From the IMG/VR virus record IMGVR_UViG_3300050156_000143, positions 213,517-277,516 of that record: 64,000 bases of DNA; one strand, given 5' to 3'. This stretch comes from a virus (lineage: Duplodnaviria; Caudoviricetes). Both the position numbers and the translations under genes were made by a program. Under the pieces are notes generated by a model. It saw only the letters and a program-made list of their open reading frames with translations. It was not told the DNA's origin and made no database searches. Of this stretch, positions 19,334 through 29,464 are shown piece by piece; position 1 is the stretch's first letter, and each line of letters starts with the position of its first letter.

Positions 19334-19857
19334 GTGTTATCCCGGCAGGTTACCGTATGTTGGTTGTGTCGTGGGAAAACGATGGCGATCATTATTTGAC
19401 TCGTACCTTGGAAGGTTTGCGCAAAGATGAAGTCCATTTTTATCTAGATTTGTGCAAACTGTTTAAGTCAGAGAATCAAGTGAATGGGACGTTTGGGAAT
19501 ATGTATTGCCCATCAACCTATGAACGCGCTGAAGCAATAAACGCGATGTTCGAGGTCATGCGACAACACAAAAGTTGCGTTCCATCCGACTTATATGGCC
19601 ACCTCATCGATCTCGGAAAAGACGACGATGAATTTGATCCGGTTGAACGAATCGCTGGTGCCTTGGATCACGATGAAGACGGCCTAGTTCATGAATACAG
19701 CATGATCACCGAATGTGATAATTATGCGAGTGACATTGTATTCAAGTTGATTGGCACCAGTGAAGACTATGCCTACCGTGTGTTTGAACGAGCAACTGTG
19801 GAATATTGTCCCGTCCAAGTTGAACTCCAGGATGTAACACACGAGTTCATCAAGTAA
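19330..19857 (+). CDS. conserved phage hypothetical protein
   Basis: IPAGY...V.SWENDGD.Y.T motif; GAGGAG RBS. Confidence 0.7.
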   Translation: MSVIPAGYRMLVVSWENDGDHYLTRTLEGLRKDEVHFYLDLCKLFKSENQVNGTFGNMYCPSTYERAEAINAMFEVMRQHKSCVPSDLYGHLIDLGKDDDEFDPVERIAGALDHDEDGLVHEYSMITECDNYASDIVFKLIGTSEDYAYRVFERATVEYCPVQVELQDVTHEFIK

Positions 19858-19875
19858 TTGCATCTTAAATAGCGG

Positions 19876-20265
19876 ATGAAATATCGCTGCTATTCACTAT
19901 ACGACATAACCGTCACGGGGGTGAATAATAGGCGGCTACCGCCTCACATCCCAGCGGATCAACTTAGTGGGTGGTATCATTTGCGCAACACTCAATGCAA
20001 TTTTGATACCATCGTTCAAGTGTTGGGGTTAAGAACCCAGGTTGAGGTGCTGGGTGATCCAATCAAACTGGATTTTTCCATATTGGGAAACCCGTGTTGG
20101 TCAGTTTTGTTTCAAACTTATCACGAAGGGGTGTACGACACCGATGCTGGAAAATTGACAGCATTGTATTCAGATTGCGAAAATGTTCCAATGTTAAAAA
20201 CTCCGGAAACGGCACATTTAAGTGGATTTCTTTCAACTTCATCCATATTCTTTGAGGAAATATGA
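19876..20265 (+). CDS. conserved late hypothetical protein
   Basis: TTAAATA at 19865-19871; YSLYDIT.TG and Q.NFDT.VQV.GLR motifs. Confidence 0.7.
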   Translation: MKYRCYSLYDITVTGVNNRRLPPHIPADQLSGWYHLRNTQCNFDTIVQVLGLRTQVEVLGDPIKLDFSILGNPCWSVLFQTYHEGVYDTDAGKLTALYSDCENVPMLKTPETAHLSGFLSTSSIFFEEI

Positions 20266-20576
20266 CTTTTCATTACACTGAGACCGAAAACGGTACTGTA
20301 CTGCGTGGGCACAATTTGGAAATTACCTTTTCCAACAAGCGGCTGGCTGACATTTGGGTCAATTTAACGAACTCTGGCAAATTTGCTGAGGCAGATTGTT
20401 TTCGCACAGTGGAACGACTGGTGACAGGGTACAAAAATGATGTGGCGATTCAGACATACTTACTAAACAAGACCAATAAGTCTATTCATGAAATAAAGTT
20501 GGCAGAGTCTGAAAGCAAATACGAAATGAATAGAACACGGTTAGATCAACTAATCGCAAAATACCACCACAACTAA
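20262..20576 (+). CDS. hypothetical protein
   Basis: ATGA overlap. Confidence 0.6.
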   Translation: MTFHYTETENGTVLRGHNLEITFSNKRLADIWVNLTNSGKFAEADCFRTVERLVTGYKNDVAIQTYLLNKTNKSIHEIKLAESESKYEMNRTRLDQLIAKYHHN

Positions 20577-20583
20577 ATACAAA

Positions 20584-21228
20584 ATGAAACTTACTGACAT
20601 GAATTTACCCGCTAAACAAGCTGGGATAAAAACCTTGAGAGAAAATTTTGGAATGGAGTTTGATCCATCGCGCTTGTCCAAGTCGCAGACAAAGCGTTAT
20701 TTGACTCAAATTGAGGGCATGATTTCAGAAGCCAAATCTACCCAATCTGTCAACCGTGAAACTAACCCGACTTATCTGAAATTGAAGGTGATGGAATCGG
20801 TGTTATTGGCTCAATTGCGTGAGAAAATTAGTGAACCATATCCAGACATTATCATCGAATCTGATTCGCGTGAATACATCGGAAAAGCACAAACGGTCAT
20901 GGCCGTTCAAGATGTATTGGACGAATTGCAGGGCATGATCGTGGATATATCAGATATTACCGTGAAAAAACTGCCGTCCATCGTTGACACCGCAAAAATG
21001 CAAATTGGTGGCACCGAGAGTAACGAGTTCAATACGCAAGCCACTGCTGCGATGCGTACATTGGCTGATGCACTAACCCAAGCAAAAAGTGATATGCAAG
21101 CTGCACTAGACGTCTTGACTGGACAATCACAGCCAGAATTTGATCTCCCCGATGAAGGCCCGGATGATGATTTTGAGGAACCAGGGCCACCGAAGATGAC
21201 CAATCCATTGGGGCGAGGCCGCCGATAA
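20584..21228 (+). CDS. putative head/scaffold-associated late protein
   Basis: CTAAATA at 20573-20579; acidic C-terminus ending LGRGRR. Confidence 0.6.
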   Translation: MKLTDMNLPAKQAGIKTLRENFGMEFDPSRLSKSQTKRYLTQIEGMISEAKSTQSVNRETNPTYLKLKVMESVLLAQLREKISEPYPDIIIESDSREYIGKAQTVMAVQDVLDELQGMIVDISDITVKKLPSIVDTAKMQIGGTESNEFNTQATAAMRTLADALTQAKSDMQAALDVLTGQSQPEFDLPDEGPDDDFEEPGPPKMTNPLGRGRR

Positions 21229-21695
21229 TGCTGCTGCGTGAATTCATCGACAACGATCCGTTGAGGGTAAAACTCATCGCAGTTGTTAGTCACATCAAGG
21301 CAAGAATCGAAGACACTGGTGCAGATGACACCATGAGCGTCGAATCTTTTTTACAACTGTTGCGCAAGCATGGAGTAGCAATCGACAAAACCGATTTACG
21401 CGATTTAGTTGAAAAGCCACCATTATCGAATATTGTTGGGTCGATTGATGACAACAATATCAGATTTTCTGAAAACGGTGAAGACACATTTGATGACTTG
21501 ACTGACAATATGATGGGCATAAACGACGACGATGAACAAAACTTGGAAGAACCGGGTGAGGACACTTTGGACGACCCGTTGAGCCAGGATTTGGACATCG
21601 ATCAATCGCAATATGACCCATCTCAAACTGTCGGTGACTTCAACACCAAAACAGTGGATCAAATGGCCAAACGAGCGGTGAATAAACGAATTTGA
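21228..21695 (+). CDS. late hypothetical protein
   Basis: MLLREF N-terminus; acidic; ends V.QMAKRA. Confidence 0.65.
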   Translation: MLLREFIDNDPLRVKLIAVVSHIKARIEDTGADDTMSVESFLQLLRKHGVAIDKTDLRDLVEKPPLSNIVGSIDDNNIRFSENGEDTFDDLTDNMMGINDDDEQNLEEPGEDTLDDPLSQDLDIDQSQYDPSQTVGDFNTKTVDQMAKRAVNKRI

Positions 21696-22363
21696 ACTAT
21701 CTGCCCAATACTTTCAAGTATGAGCCTCTAAGCCGCGAACCCATCAATGGTCAGCGGCTTTATCTTTTGCCTGATGGCTCAAAACTCCCTTCCGTGACCA
21801 CCATTTTAGACAAAACCAAATCACATGATGCCAAACGTAAATTAGAAAATTGGATTACCAAGGTGGGAACAGATCAAGCAGATTGCATCAAACGTGATGC
21901 CAGCGATCGCGGAACCTTGATGCACCGTTATTTGGAACATTATGTCGAGCACGGTGTTATGTACGGTTGCGACCTTAGCCACAAAATGGCCGAAACAATT
22001 GTTCAGAATGGATTTCACCAGATAAGCACTGTGTTTGGACAAGAAGTTCCATTATATTTTCCAGGAATATATGCGGGAACATCGGACTTGGTGTGTGAGC
22101 ATGACGGTGAAATCATCATCGGAGACTATAAACAGTCAAATAAACCAAAGAAGCGAGAATGGATTGGCGACTATTTTATGCAAATTGCTGCATACGCTGA
22201 AGCCCACAACGAAATACATGGCACGAACATATCTCGCGGGGTAATATTTATGTGTACCCCATCGTTGGAATATCAAGAATTCATCTTGGAAGGTCGCGGC
22301 TTCATCAAATTCAGGAACATGTGGTGGGATAGAGTTACCCGGTACTACCAGAATTTTGCCTAA
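21692..22363 (+). CDS. PD-(D/E)xK exonuclease (RecB/Cas4-like, MGME1-like)
   Basis: LPSVTTIL, RGT.MH, YAGTSDL, DYKQS, Y..Q..AYA. Confidence 0.85.
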   Translation: MNYLPNTFKYEPLSREPINGQRLYLLPDGSKLPSVTTILDKTKSHDAKRKLENWITKVGTDQADCIKRDASDRGTLMHRYLEHYVEHGVMYGCDLSHKMAETIVQNGFHQISTVFGQEVPLYFPGIYAGTSDLVCEHDGEIIIGDYKQSNKPKKREWIGDYFMQIAAYAEAHNEIHGTNISRGVIFMCTPSLEYQEFILEGRGFIKFRNMWWDRVTRYYQNFA

Positions 22364-22382
22364 ATAATCCACAGGAATTATT

Positions 22383-24521
22383 ATGGCCATTGTACAGATT
22401 TCAAGAATTCAGCATCGAACTGGGGAGCAAGCCTCGTTGCCACAATTGGCAGTCGGGGAAATAGGGTTTGCCACCGACACCCAGCGTGTTTTTATTGGGG
22501 ATGATTTGAGTTTGCACCCACCGGGGTCTGAGCCAGGCAACACAGAGATTTTGACAGAACATTCTGGGGTGGCTTTTAGTCAAATTGCTGGAAGTGACAA
22601 CGACCTATCAATCTCCGACCCAGAAGATGGGCAGATTTTGGCATATGACGCAGCAGACTCGCTATGGAAAAATCAAGGCGGAACTGCAACTGGAAATATA
22701 CACTTAGGCAATATCGCAAATGTGAAATTACTGGGTGGAACGGGCGGAATGATTCCGACCACTGATGGTGATGGTAATTTATCGTTTACCACAAAAGGTT
22801 ATGTCGTGAACGATATAACCAATATATCAATCGGTGCTTCCACGGTGGTCACCACGGTGAGAGACCATTTTATGTTGAATGGCTCTCCCATAACTTTTAG
22901 TAATATTGGCGGTGTGGTCGCCACTGGTGATTTGGTAGTCGGCACTGGCACTATCACTACGTCAACCTCCAGCGCGATTGTGGTTGGGTCGGGAACTTCA
23001 TTTAGCTCTGACCTGATAGCAAAAACGCTAGTCAATTCGTCGAACACCATCATCGGGATCGTGGTGGCAGTCACTGACGCAACACACTTAACGTTAGCGT
23101 CCTACGCCTCTTTGGTGGTGTCTGGGGGGGCATTCAAAACCGCACCTTCCACTTTGAATGGCAATTCATATTACGCCAAGGTGGAAACCAACAACACGTT
23201 TGCGATCTACTCTGATAGTGGGTTATCTATACCTTTTGACAGCACTGGCACGTTGAGTTATTTCAGTGGTGGCAGAGTGGTAGCAAACGTGTTACCAAAC
23301 AGTTCTGGCACCAGTGCTGGCGGAACTGATAAGCAAGTACAGTTCAATCAAAGTGGAGTTTTGGCAGGTGCGTCTGGCTTCTCGTACTCCACCTCCGCAC
23401 AAACACTTTCTGCCCCCAAATTTTCAGGAAACGGTGCTGCCATCACTGGCGTACAGGCAACCAATTTGGTTGGCACTGTTCCCGCTGCAAGATTGTCAGG
23501 TACTTATGCCATCAACATCAATGGAAACGCAACCAACGCGAATGCGGTTTCCTTGACCAACACAGATGAAGTCAATTTGGGTTATGGGTATAGTGGCGGA
23601 TCGTTGCAGGTGAATTACCGGGGTGCCAATGGAGCCATCACAGAGTACGGGTTTTTCAATGGGTTAAACAGTGGCACTTACGCTAACATCAGAGCGTTAA
23701 CTTTCACTGGGTCTGGTTCGGGGCTAACCAATCTTCCTGCCACGAGTTTAACCGGAACAATCAATTCCGCAAGACTGTCTGGCACATACACGATTAACAT
23801 ATCAGGTAGTGCAACAACTGCTGGATCATCCACCACTGCCACCACGGCTGGCACAGTGACCACCGCAGCTCAACCTAATATCACGTCTGTTGGGACATTA
23901 TCCAGTTTAACGGTTGGTGGCTCGGTAAGTGCATCATCTTTTGCTGGAAATGGAGCCAATCTGACGAATATCACTGGCGTAAATGTGGTGGGCGCAGTTC
24001 CACTAGCAAGTCAATTGGCATCAAATCGCACCATAAATGGAGTAGTGTTTAACAATACTGCCAACATAGATGTAACCGATTCCACCAAGGTGGCGAAAAC
24101 GGGTGATTCCATGAGTGGGTTTTTGACGTTGTTGTCGTCAAATCCAACCGCAAATTACCACGCCGTACCAAAAATATACAGTGACTCCACATTGGTTTCA
24201 GCAATTGCAGCAATAAAAGCAAACACCGCATTCAGTGCAACGTCGCCAGGTTACGTGAAGTTGCCATCATGGCTTGGAGGATTCATCGTACAATGGGGAA
24301 CCGTGACTGACACCTATATTGGCACTAAACAATATTTTCCGCTACCATACACGTCCGGGGTGTATTCTTTCATGACGTCAAATACCACCGCACAAGGGGG
24401 CGGGGTCGATAACGCATATGGATATTCGGATGGGCTAGATGGATTTAGAGTTGGCACTAAAGGCAACAATGGAGACATCGATTCAAACTACCCAGTGACA
24501 TGGTTAGCAATCGGTGTTTAA
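22383..24521 (+). CDS. tail fibre / receptor-binding-type virion protein
   Basis: CTAAATA at 22360; N-terminal LPQLA.GEIG.A.DT; Ser/Thr/Gly-rich repeats; C-terminal GY.KLP..GG.IVQWG fibre tip motif. Confidence 0.75.
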   Translation: MAIVQISRIQHRTGEQASLPQLAVGEIGFATDTQRVFIGDDLSLHPPGSEPGNTEILTEHSGVAFSQIAGSDNDLSISDPEDGQILAYDAADSLWKNQGGTATGNIHLGNIANVKLLGGTGGMIPTTDGDGNLSFTTKGYVVNDITNISIGASTVVTTVRDHFMLNGSPITFSNIGGVVATGDLVVGTGTITTSTSSAIVVGSGTSFSSDLIAKTLVNSSNTIIGIVVAVTDATHLTLASYASLVVSGGAFKTAPSTLNGNSYYAKVETNNTFAIYSDSGLSIPFDSTGTLSYFSGGRVVANVLPNSSGTSAGGTDKQVQFNQSGVLAGASGFSYSTSAQTLSAPKFSGNGAAITGVQATNLVGTVPAARLSGTYAININGNATNANAVSLTNTDEVNLGYGYSGGSLQVNYRGANGAITEYGFFNGLNSGTYANIRALTFTGSGSGLTNLPATSLTGTINSARLSGTYTINISGSATTAGSSTTATTAGTVTTAAQPNITSVGTLSSLTVGGSVSASSFAGNGANLTNITGVNVVGAVPLASQLASNRTINGVVFNNTANIDVTDSTKVAKTGDSMSGFLTLLSSNPTANYHAVPKIYSDSTLVSAIAAIKANTAFSATSPGYVKLPSWLGGFIVQWGTVTDTYIGTKQYFPLPYTSGVYSFMTSNTTAQGGGVDNAYGYSDGLDGFRVGTKGNNGDIDSNYPVTWLAIGV

Positions 24522-24585
24522 AGTGCGATTCCCTAAATACCCATGATCGCATTCGTTGCGTGACCTAGAACGTCAGGAGAATATT

Positions 24586-25008
24586 ATGGGTCGTCCGTTA
24601 AAAATCGCAAAAGCTGGAACCATCGATTATGGGTACAGTAACGTATATGGTGTAGTTGGTGGAGATACTGGGTTAACCTCGGCCACCATTCAATGTCGTG
24701 TCAAAATTGGAAGCAAGTCTGAAGCAAATGGGTTTATCGTGAAGCAAAAGGGTAAACGCAAATTTTTGGTCAGTGATGGCACCAACACTGGGGTGTGTTT
24801 GCTGTCAGATTTGGCAAACTCTGCATTGACCGCTGACACCATGACAGTGACCGCCACATTGGTGGACACTTCTACTGTGCGCTTGGCGCATTTCACCAAC
24901 ACGCATGGCACCGATTTCTCAAATGTGCGTTATATTCTGACTTTCGGTGTTGCAAGTGCTGCCCCAGCAGGTTCTGGCTACGCTGTTGCAACCGTGACGT
25001 CAGCATAA
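24586..25008 (+). CDS. virion structural protein
   Basis: CTAAATA at 24533; AGGAG RBS; MGRPLK start; I.KQKG.RKFLV motif. Confidence 0.65.
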   Translation: MGRPLKIAKAGTIDYGYSNVYGVVGGDTGLTSATIQCRVKIGSKSEANGFIVKQKGKRKFLVSDGTNTGVCLLSDLANSALTADTMTVTATLVDTSTVRLAHFTNTHGTDFSNVRYILTFGVASAAPAGSGYAVATVTSA

Positions 25009-25407
25009 TGAAACGAGTGCAGCCATCTTGGTCTGCACGGTTTCTAGGTTTAGCGTAGAAAACAAACCTGGATGCAATGGGGATGGATATACATCATGTT
25101 GCATCCAACAATACGCACAGTGTTCATTGTTCAATTTGGGCACAAATTCCGCGTCTACTGGGTGAAATAAGGTGTGGTACGTGAAGTCAGAATTGGTAAA
25201 TTTTTGTATGGGGATAAGTTTGCCCTCTAATTTTATCCCAAGTTCTTCGTTACATTCCCGCTTGATCGCATCCGATAGTGTTTCACCTTGTTCAAATTTG
25301 CCCCCAGGGATGCCCCAAGTGCCAGCAGTGCGAGCTTCAGTACGCATCACATAAAGTATGCGTTTAGTCTGCTTTGAAAAGATAAAAACACCCACCGAAA
25401 CTCTCAT
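25000..25407 (-). CDS. Nudix hydrolase
   Basis: Nudix box GGKFEQGETLSDAIKRECNEELG. Confidence 0.9.
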   Translation of the reverse strand: MRVSVGVFIFSKQTKRILYVMRTEARTAGTWGIPGGKFEQGETLSDAIKRECNEELGIKLEGKLIPIQKFTNSDFTYHTLFHPVDAEFVPKLNNEHCAYCWMQHDVYPSPLHPGLFSTLNLETVQTKMAALVSLC

Positions 25408-26747
25408 AGCACAATACTATAGCTCCCCTCTGGATAATATCCCTCCCACGCTTTAGTCCATTCACTGTTATAGTAACGGTATTGAACACCTGATGTAAGG
25501 TTGGTGACATATTGCGCAGACGTTGCAGCCACACTATCGAAGGCCACGCTCCAAGCTGAACCATTGTATTGAATAACATCATTCACGTTGGCTAAAATAT
25601 TTCCCCAAACCGGGTTTTCGCCCATGTCGCTCAAAATGAGATACCGCTGTCCTGTAACTGGTGCTGGAAGACCATGTCCTGGCCATTTGACCATAGGATC
25701 AATTATCATATTGATCGCCGTCAATGTGTTTTGTGGCAGAGTGTCGGTGTCTATCGTGTAAGTCAATAGTCGCTCGTCCGCATCATCAAAATCTATAGTT
25801 CCAACGATCTCACTCCCAGTGTGTGGATTTTCTATCCAAATTTGCGAAATACCGGGACGAACCACTCCATACTCGATCAATACCTGACGCCAATCCACGT
25901 TAGAATTATTTTGGGATGGCAAGTCCAACGATTCGGCAGTTGGCATCTGTTGTGGTATTAACTGTAGACTATCTCCCAATAACAATATTTTATACCCATA
26001 TGGAGTAATCTTTTGGCGAGTGCCCAACAGCAAATCATCGTCTTGCATATCAGAGAAAGTATTTCCATCGAAAATACTAGCCACGATCTTGTGAATAATT
26101 CCCAGCTTTTTCAATTTTGCTGGTGACGATATCCAAATCGGCATATAAAATTTCCATGACATGATGTCGATATTATTGCCGTTACCTTGTGGAATCGATC
26201 TGGAAGTATAGGTTATCCCGTCTTGATAAACCACAGACAATGAAGTCCAGTCAAAGTAATTATCGGAAGACTGTATTTCCAAGCTGGGGTTAAACAGGAC
26301 ACCAAGTTGTTCGATTAGTTGGAGTTTTTGCTCCGTGTTTGAAGTCCAAATATCCACTGAAATTCTCAGTGTATACGGCACAGGCATGATTCGTTCTAAC
26401 GTGAACGCATCACCCTGAGCTTGCTCATATTCTCCAGTGATGGAATTGTATTTGCGTTGACGTATTGTTTTCACATCTACGAAATACGGGTCTTGTGTGC
26501 GTTTTTGATCATATTCCAGCCCATTGATGTAATAGGTAATCATTGGGGCCGAGTTCATGGATGAGGCAGAATTGTTATTCAACGCTGCTAAACCTTGGCG
26601 AGAAACGTCGCTATATTGTACCGGAACCCTGACTAAAATGTCATTGCCAGCTTGGTCAACGCCCTTGACCACTTGCCAATTAGAAAATATTTTGGCAAAT
26701 TGAATCAAAAATCTGCGAATTTGCTTGTCGTAAAAAAATGCTGCCAT
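25404..26747 (-). CDS. tail sheath stabiliser/completion protein (T4 gp15-like)
   Basis: FFYD.QIRRF..QF..IFS, VPV.Y, PVPY.L...VDIWT.N..QKLQL.EQ...LFNP. Confidence 0.8.
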   Translation of the reverse strand: MAAFFYDKQIRRFLIQFAKIFSNWQVVKGVDQAGNDILVRVPVQYSDVSRQGLAALNNNSASSMNSAPMITYYINGLEYDQKRTQDPYFVDVKTIRQRKYNSITGEYEQAQGDAFTLERIMPVPYTLRISVDIWTSNTEQKLQLIEQLGVLFNPSLEIQSSDNYFDWTSLSVVYQDGITYTSRSIPQGNGNNIDIMSWKFYMPIWISSPAKLKKLGIIHKIVASIFDGNTFSDMQDDDLLLGTRQKITPYGYKILLLGDSLQLIPQQMPTAESLDLPSQNNSNVDWRQVLIEYGVVRPGISQIWIENPHTGSEIVGTIDFDDADERLLTYTIDTDTLPQNTLTAINMIIDPMVKWPGHGLPAPVTGQRYLILSDMGENPVWGNILANVNDVIQYNGSAWSVAFDSVAATSAQYVTNLTSGVQYRYYNSEWTKAWEGYYPEGSYSIVL

Positions 26748-26748
26748 A

Positions 26749-28278
26749 TTAGTCTGGTTGAATCTTTAACAATGTTGAAAGCGCTTGTCTTTCGGGAATA
26801 ACTCCGTTTTGTGTGGTTATGGTGGTAGTAGTGTTGATAAAAGTTGATCGCAATGAGGTATCATCCACCGTGAATCCAGTTGACGTTCTAATGTCATCCG
26901 ACTTTGCTACCCACCGTTTTCCATCAAACATGAACAATCTAGCGGGCTTATAATCAGTTCTTACAAACCAGGTGCCACGTGGTTGATTATCGGGAAATGA
27001 TGTTCCAGTATCGGCCACCACACCATTCGGGGCGTCTATTGAAGAAGTCATATAGCCATATAATTCACCAAATCCTTCTGCATTTGCTGTGCTCATTACA
27101 TACGCAAACCGTGGATCAACCGTGGGGTCAGTCGTTGTAAAATTGCTTGACGCGGTTCCAATCACGGTGGACAACACGCAACTTTCACCAGCAGTTCTGC
27201 CAGAGTTCCCTATCACTTCGGGTGGAATTTCACACAACTCTAACCGCAAAATTTGCGACGGTGATATCACTATTTGGTCGTATTGAGACAACGATGCGGC
27301 AGAAATTCTGATCACTGCACTGGGCGAATAGGTGCTACTGGTGATAATATCCAATCTGCCAGCGATCTGAACCGGAGTTGGAGTTTGATATAAAGGAGTC
27401 CCAGCAGTTTCACTTGGCACAAGGTACAATTGAGTGCGATCGTAACCCGACCTCGGAACATCATTGATGGCTTGCTCAATGAGTGCATCATTGATTTTAA
27501 TGTTGTTATTATAGGTTGAAAGGATATCAGTTAAAGACAAGGTAGTATCTAATTGCCAATAATCAGTATCAGTCACCGGAGTATTTGCTGGAACATTCTG
27601 GGTTGCAATATAGGTCTTATCACCGTAGGTCACTGTGTATCCAGGCCGATAAGTCAAGGTGCTATCCCATTGGCCCAGATAGTTATCTTGTTGAACTGGT
27701 TTATTCAAAATGGTAGAAAACTCTTGCACGTCACTGAGCGGTTCACATTTGATTCTCCATAAATGTGGATACCACGTTGACGAAAACCCTTCTGAAGCAT
27801 AGTTTCCATCAGTGACATGGTAATATCGTCTAAGTCCAATCGGGATTTCCTCATTCAATGGATGATAATCGGTCAAGTGCGGCAGTTCGATGACGTCACC
27901 GACCATCAATTTCCTACCAAGATGGTCAAGCATGTTGTTATAATGCACTGTGATGAAGATGACGTCATTGGTCAAAAACAATCCAAACTGCGACATATCA
28001 AAGTCGAGGTTTTGCACATTGTAGTGACCACGGATTACATAAACGTCGTTATCATATTTTCTATTCCTGTTTTCTAGGAAGAGAAGATCGCCAACGTTTG
28101 TTGGTTTAAGATCGTCATAGGTGGGCTGAGTGGCATCAGTTGTGGTGGAAGTCACTGGCCCAAGATACTTATGCACGAACAAATCAGTCCCGCCCACAAT
28201 GAATTGCTCTTTGACTGTACGGTCAATAAAGCGGTAATCATTGGATTTTTGTTGGCGGTATAGTGAAAGTCTTGGCAT
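26749..28278 (-). CDS. neck/head-completion protein (T4 gp14-like, extended)
   Basis: MPRLSLYR..KSNDYRF.DR start, FDMSQFGLF, GD.IELPHL; CTAAATA on the minus strand at 28283-28289. Confidence 0.72.
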   Translation of the reverse strand: MPRLSLYRQQKSNDYRFIDRTVKEQFIVGGTDLFVHKYLGPVTSTTTDATQPTYDDLKPTNVGDLLFLENRNRKYDNDVYVIRGHYNVQNLDFDMSQFGLFLTNDVIFITVHYNNMLDHLGRKLMVGDVIELPHLTDYHPLNEEIPIGLRRYYHVTDGNYASEGFSSTWYPHLWRIKCEPLSDVQEFSTILNKPVQQDNYLGQWDSTLTYRPGYTVTYGDKTYIATQNVPANTPVTDTDYWQLDTTLSLTDILSTYNNNIKINDALIEQAINDVPRSGYDRTQLYLVPSETAGTPLYQTPTPVQIAGRLDIITSSTYSPSAVIRISAASLSQYDQIVISPSQILRLELCEIPPEVIGNSGRTAGESCVLSTVIGTASSNFTTTDPTVDPRFAYVMSTANAEGFGELYGYMTSSIDAPNGVVADTGTSFPDNQPRGTWFVRTDYKPARLFMFDGKRWVAKSDDIRTSTGFTVDDTSLRSTFINTTTTITTQNGVIPERQALSTLLKIQPD

Positions 28279-28314
28279 ATCCTATTTAGGTATATGAGTT
28301 TTAAGGATTGAGTA

Positions 28315-29463
28315 ATGGCAACGCGAAAAGTTAAACCCAAAATTGAGATCACGGGAATTGTCCCGTCCCTTCGCCCTTCCCACGATGATGCAAAATATCA
28401 TGGGGAGGAACCTGATTTTTTAACCGTGACTCACGATAACCGAAAAATATCGGTCATTCGGGCATGCAATTGGTACAGTAAATTCTTTGACCGCAAAGAT
28501 GGGAAGGAATTTATCTGTGCATATTTGGAAAAACGTGACCAAACGGTGTTGGCACAGTTTATGAAGGTTTCCGACGCACATGTGGAAATGTCGATTGCCT
28601 GGTTAGCCAGAATGGCAGAACGTGGACTCAAACTAACTGAGGATGAGGAGGCAAAACTTAGTTCCCACGTTGAGTATCTTTTGGGAACAATGGTTAAAGA
28701 AAAGCCCGTCAAAACTGAGGAAACGGCCAAACCAAAAATTCAAGAAACGATGCTTGATAAGGCCAGAGAAGCTGGTGGCGAGTTAGAAGGCCTGTTTGAT
28801 GAGTTCTTGAATGATCCAAGGTTATCGCACGGTTTAAAGCCGATCGACGAATTGGCCAAAAAGAACATTCTCCCCCAGCATATTCCCATGTTGGTGAACA
28901 GTTGGAATAAAAAGTTGGCAGAATTCAACGAAGTAGCCGATGGCAAAGATCGTCAATTGACAGAAGCCTATTCCAATCTGAGTAAAGTACAAGTTCGCCA
29001 CACTATCAAATATATTGAGCAAGTGATTGCGGACTTGAACAGTTATGTCACAGTCAAAAGGACTGCAAAAGTTCGGATTAAAAAACCAGTTTCCCCTGAA
29101 AAACAAGCGGCAAATGTCAAGTTTCTGAAAGAGTTTGAACTCGGGAAACAAAAATTTGTTAGCTTACACCCAAGTAAACTTATTGTATCATGTGAAGCAT
29201 GGGTATATGACACCGATAAGAGAAAGTTACATCACTATATCGCAGACGAGTATAGTAAAACGTTTACTGTAAAAGGCACCACATTGCTTGGATTTGATGG
29301 CACAACATCTGAAATGAAAACTTTGCGCAAACCTGAAGAAAGTTTGAAGTCCGTTATGGGCGGAAAACCTGCCGCTCGGAAATTCTTTAAGGAACTTTCC
29401 ACCACCCCGTCTGCCCCATCAGGTAGATTTAATGAAAATATGATTATCTTGAAAGCGTTTTAA
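28315..29463 (+). CDS. conserved phage hypothetical protein
   Basis: 382 aa; C-terminal W.YDT..RKL..Y.A..VKGTT..FD...S..KTLRKP motif. Confidence 0.75.
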   Translation: MATRKVKPKIEITGIVPSLRPSHDDAKYHGEEPDFLTVTHDNRKISVIRACNWYSKFFDRKDGKEFICAYLEKRDQTVLAQFMKVSDAHVEMSIAWLARMAERGLKLTEDEEAKLSSHVEYLLGTMVKEKPVKTEETAKPKIQETMLDKAREAGGELEGLFDEFLNDPRLSHGLKPIDELAKKNILPQHIPMLVNSWNKKLAEFNEVADGKDRQLTEAYSNLSKVQVRHTIKYIEQVIADLNSYVTVKRTAKVRIKKPVSPEKQAANVKFLKEFELGKQKFVSLHPSKLIVSCEAWVYDTDKRKLHHYIADEYSKTFTVKGTTLLGFDGTTSEMKTLRKPEESLKSVMGGKPAARKFFKELSTTPSAPSGRFNENMIILKAF

Positions 29464-29464
29464 T

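Noticed and set aside
21692-22363. Cas4-like nuclease as evidence of a CRISPR system
   Set aside because: It is a stand-alone PD-(D/E)xK exonuclease common in T4-like phages; there is no array, cas1 or cas2.
22383-24521. Diversity-generating retroelement target (tropism-determinant-like N-terminus)
   Set aside because: No reverse transcriptase and no adenine-mismatched TR/VR repeat pair was seen in this window.
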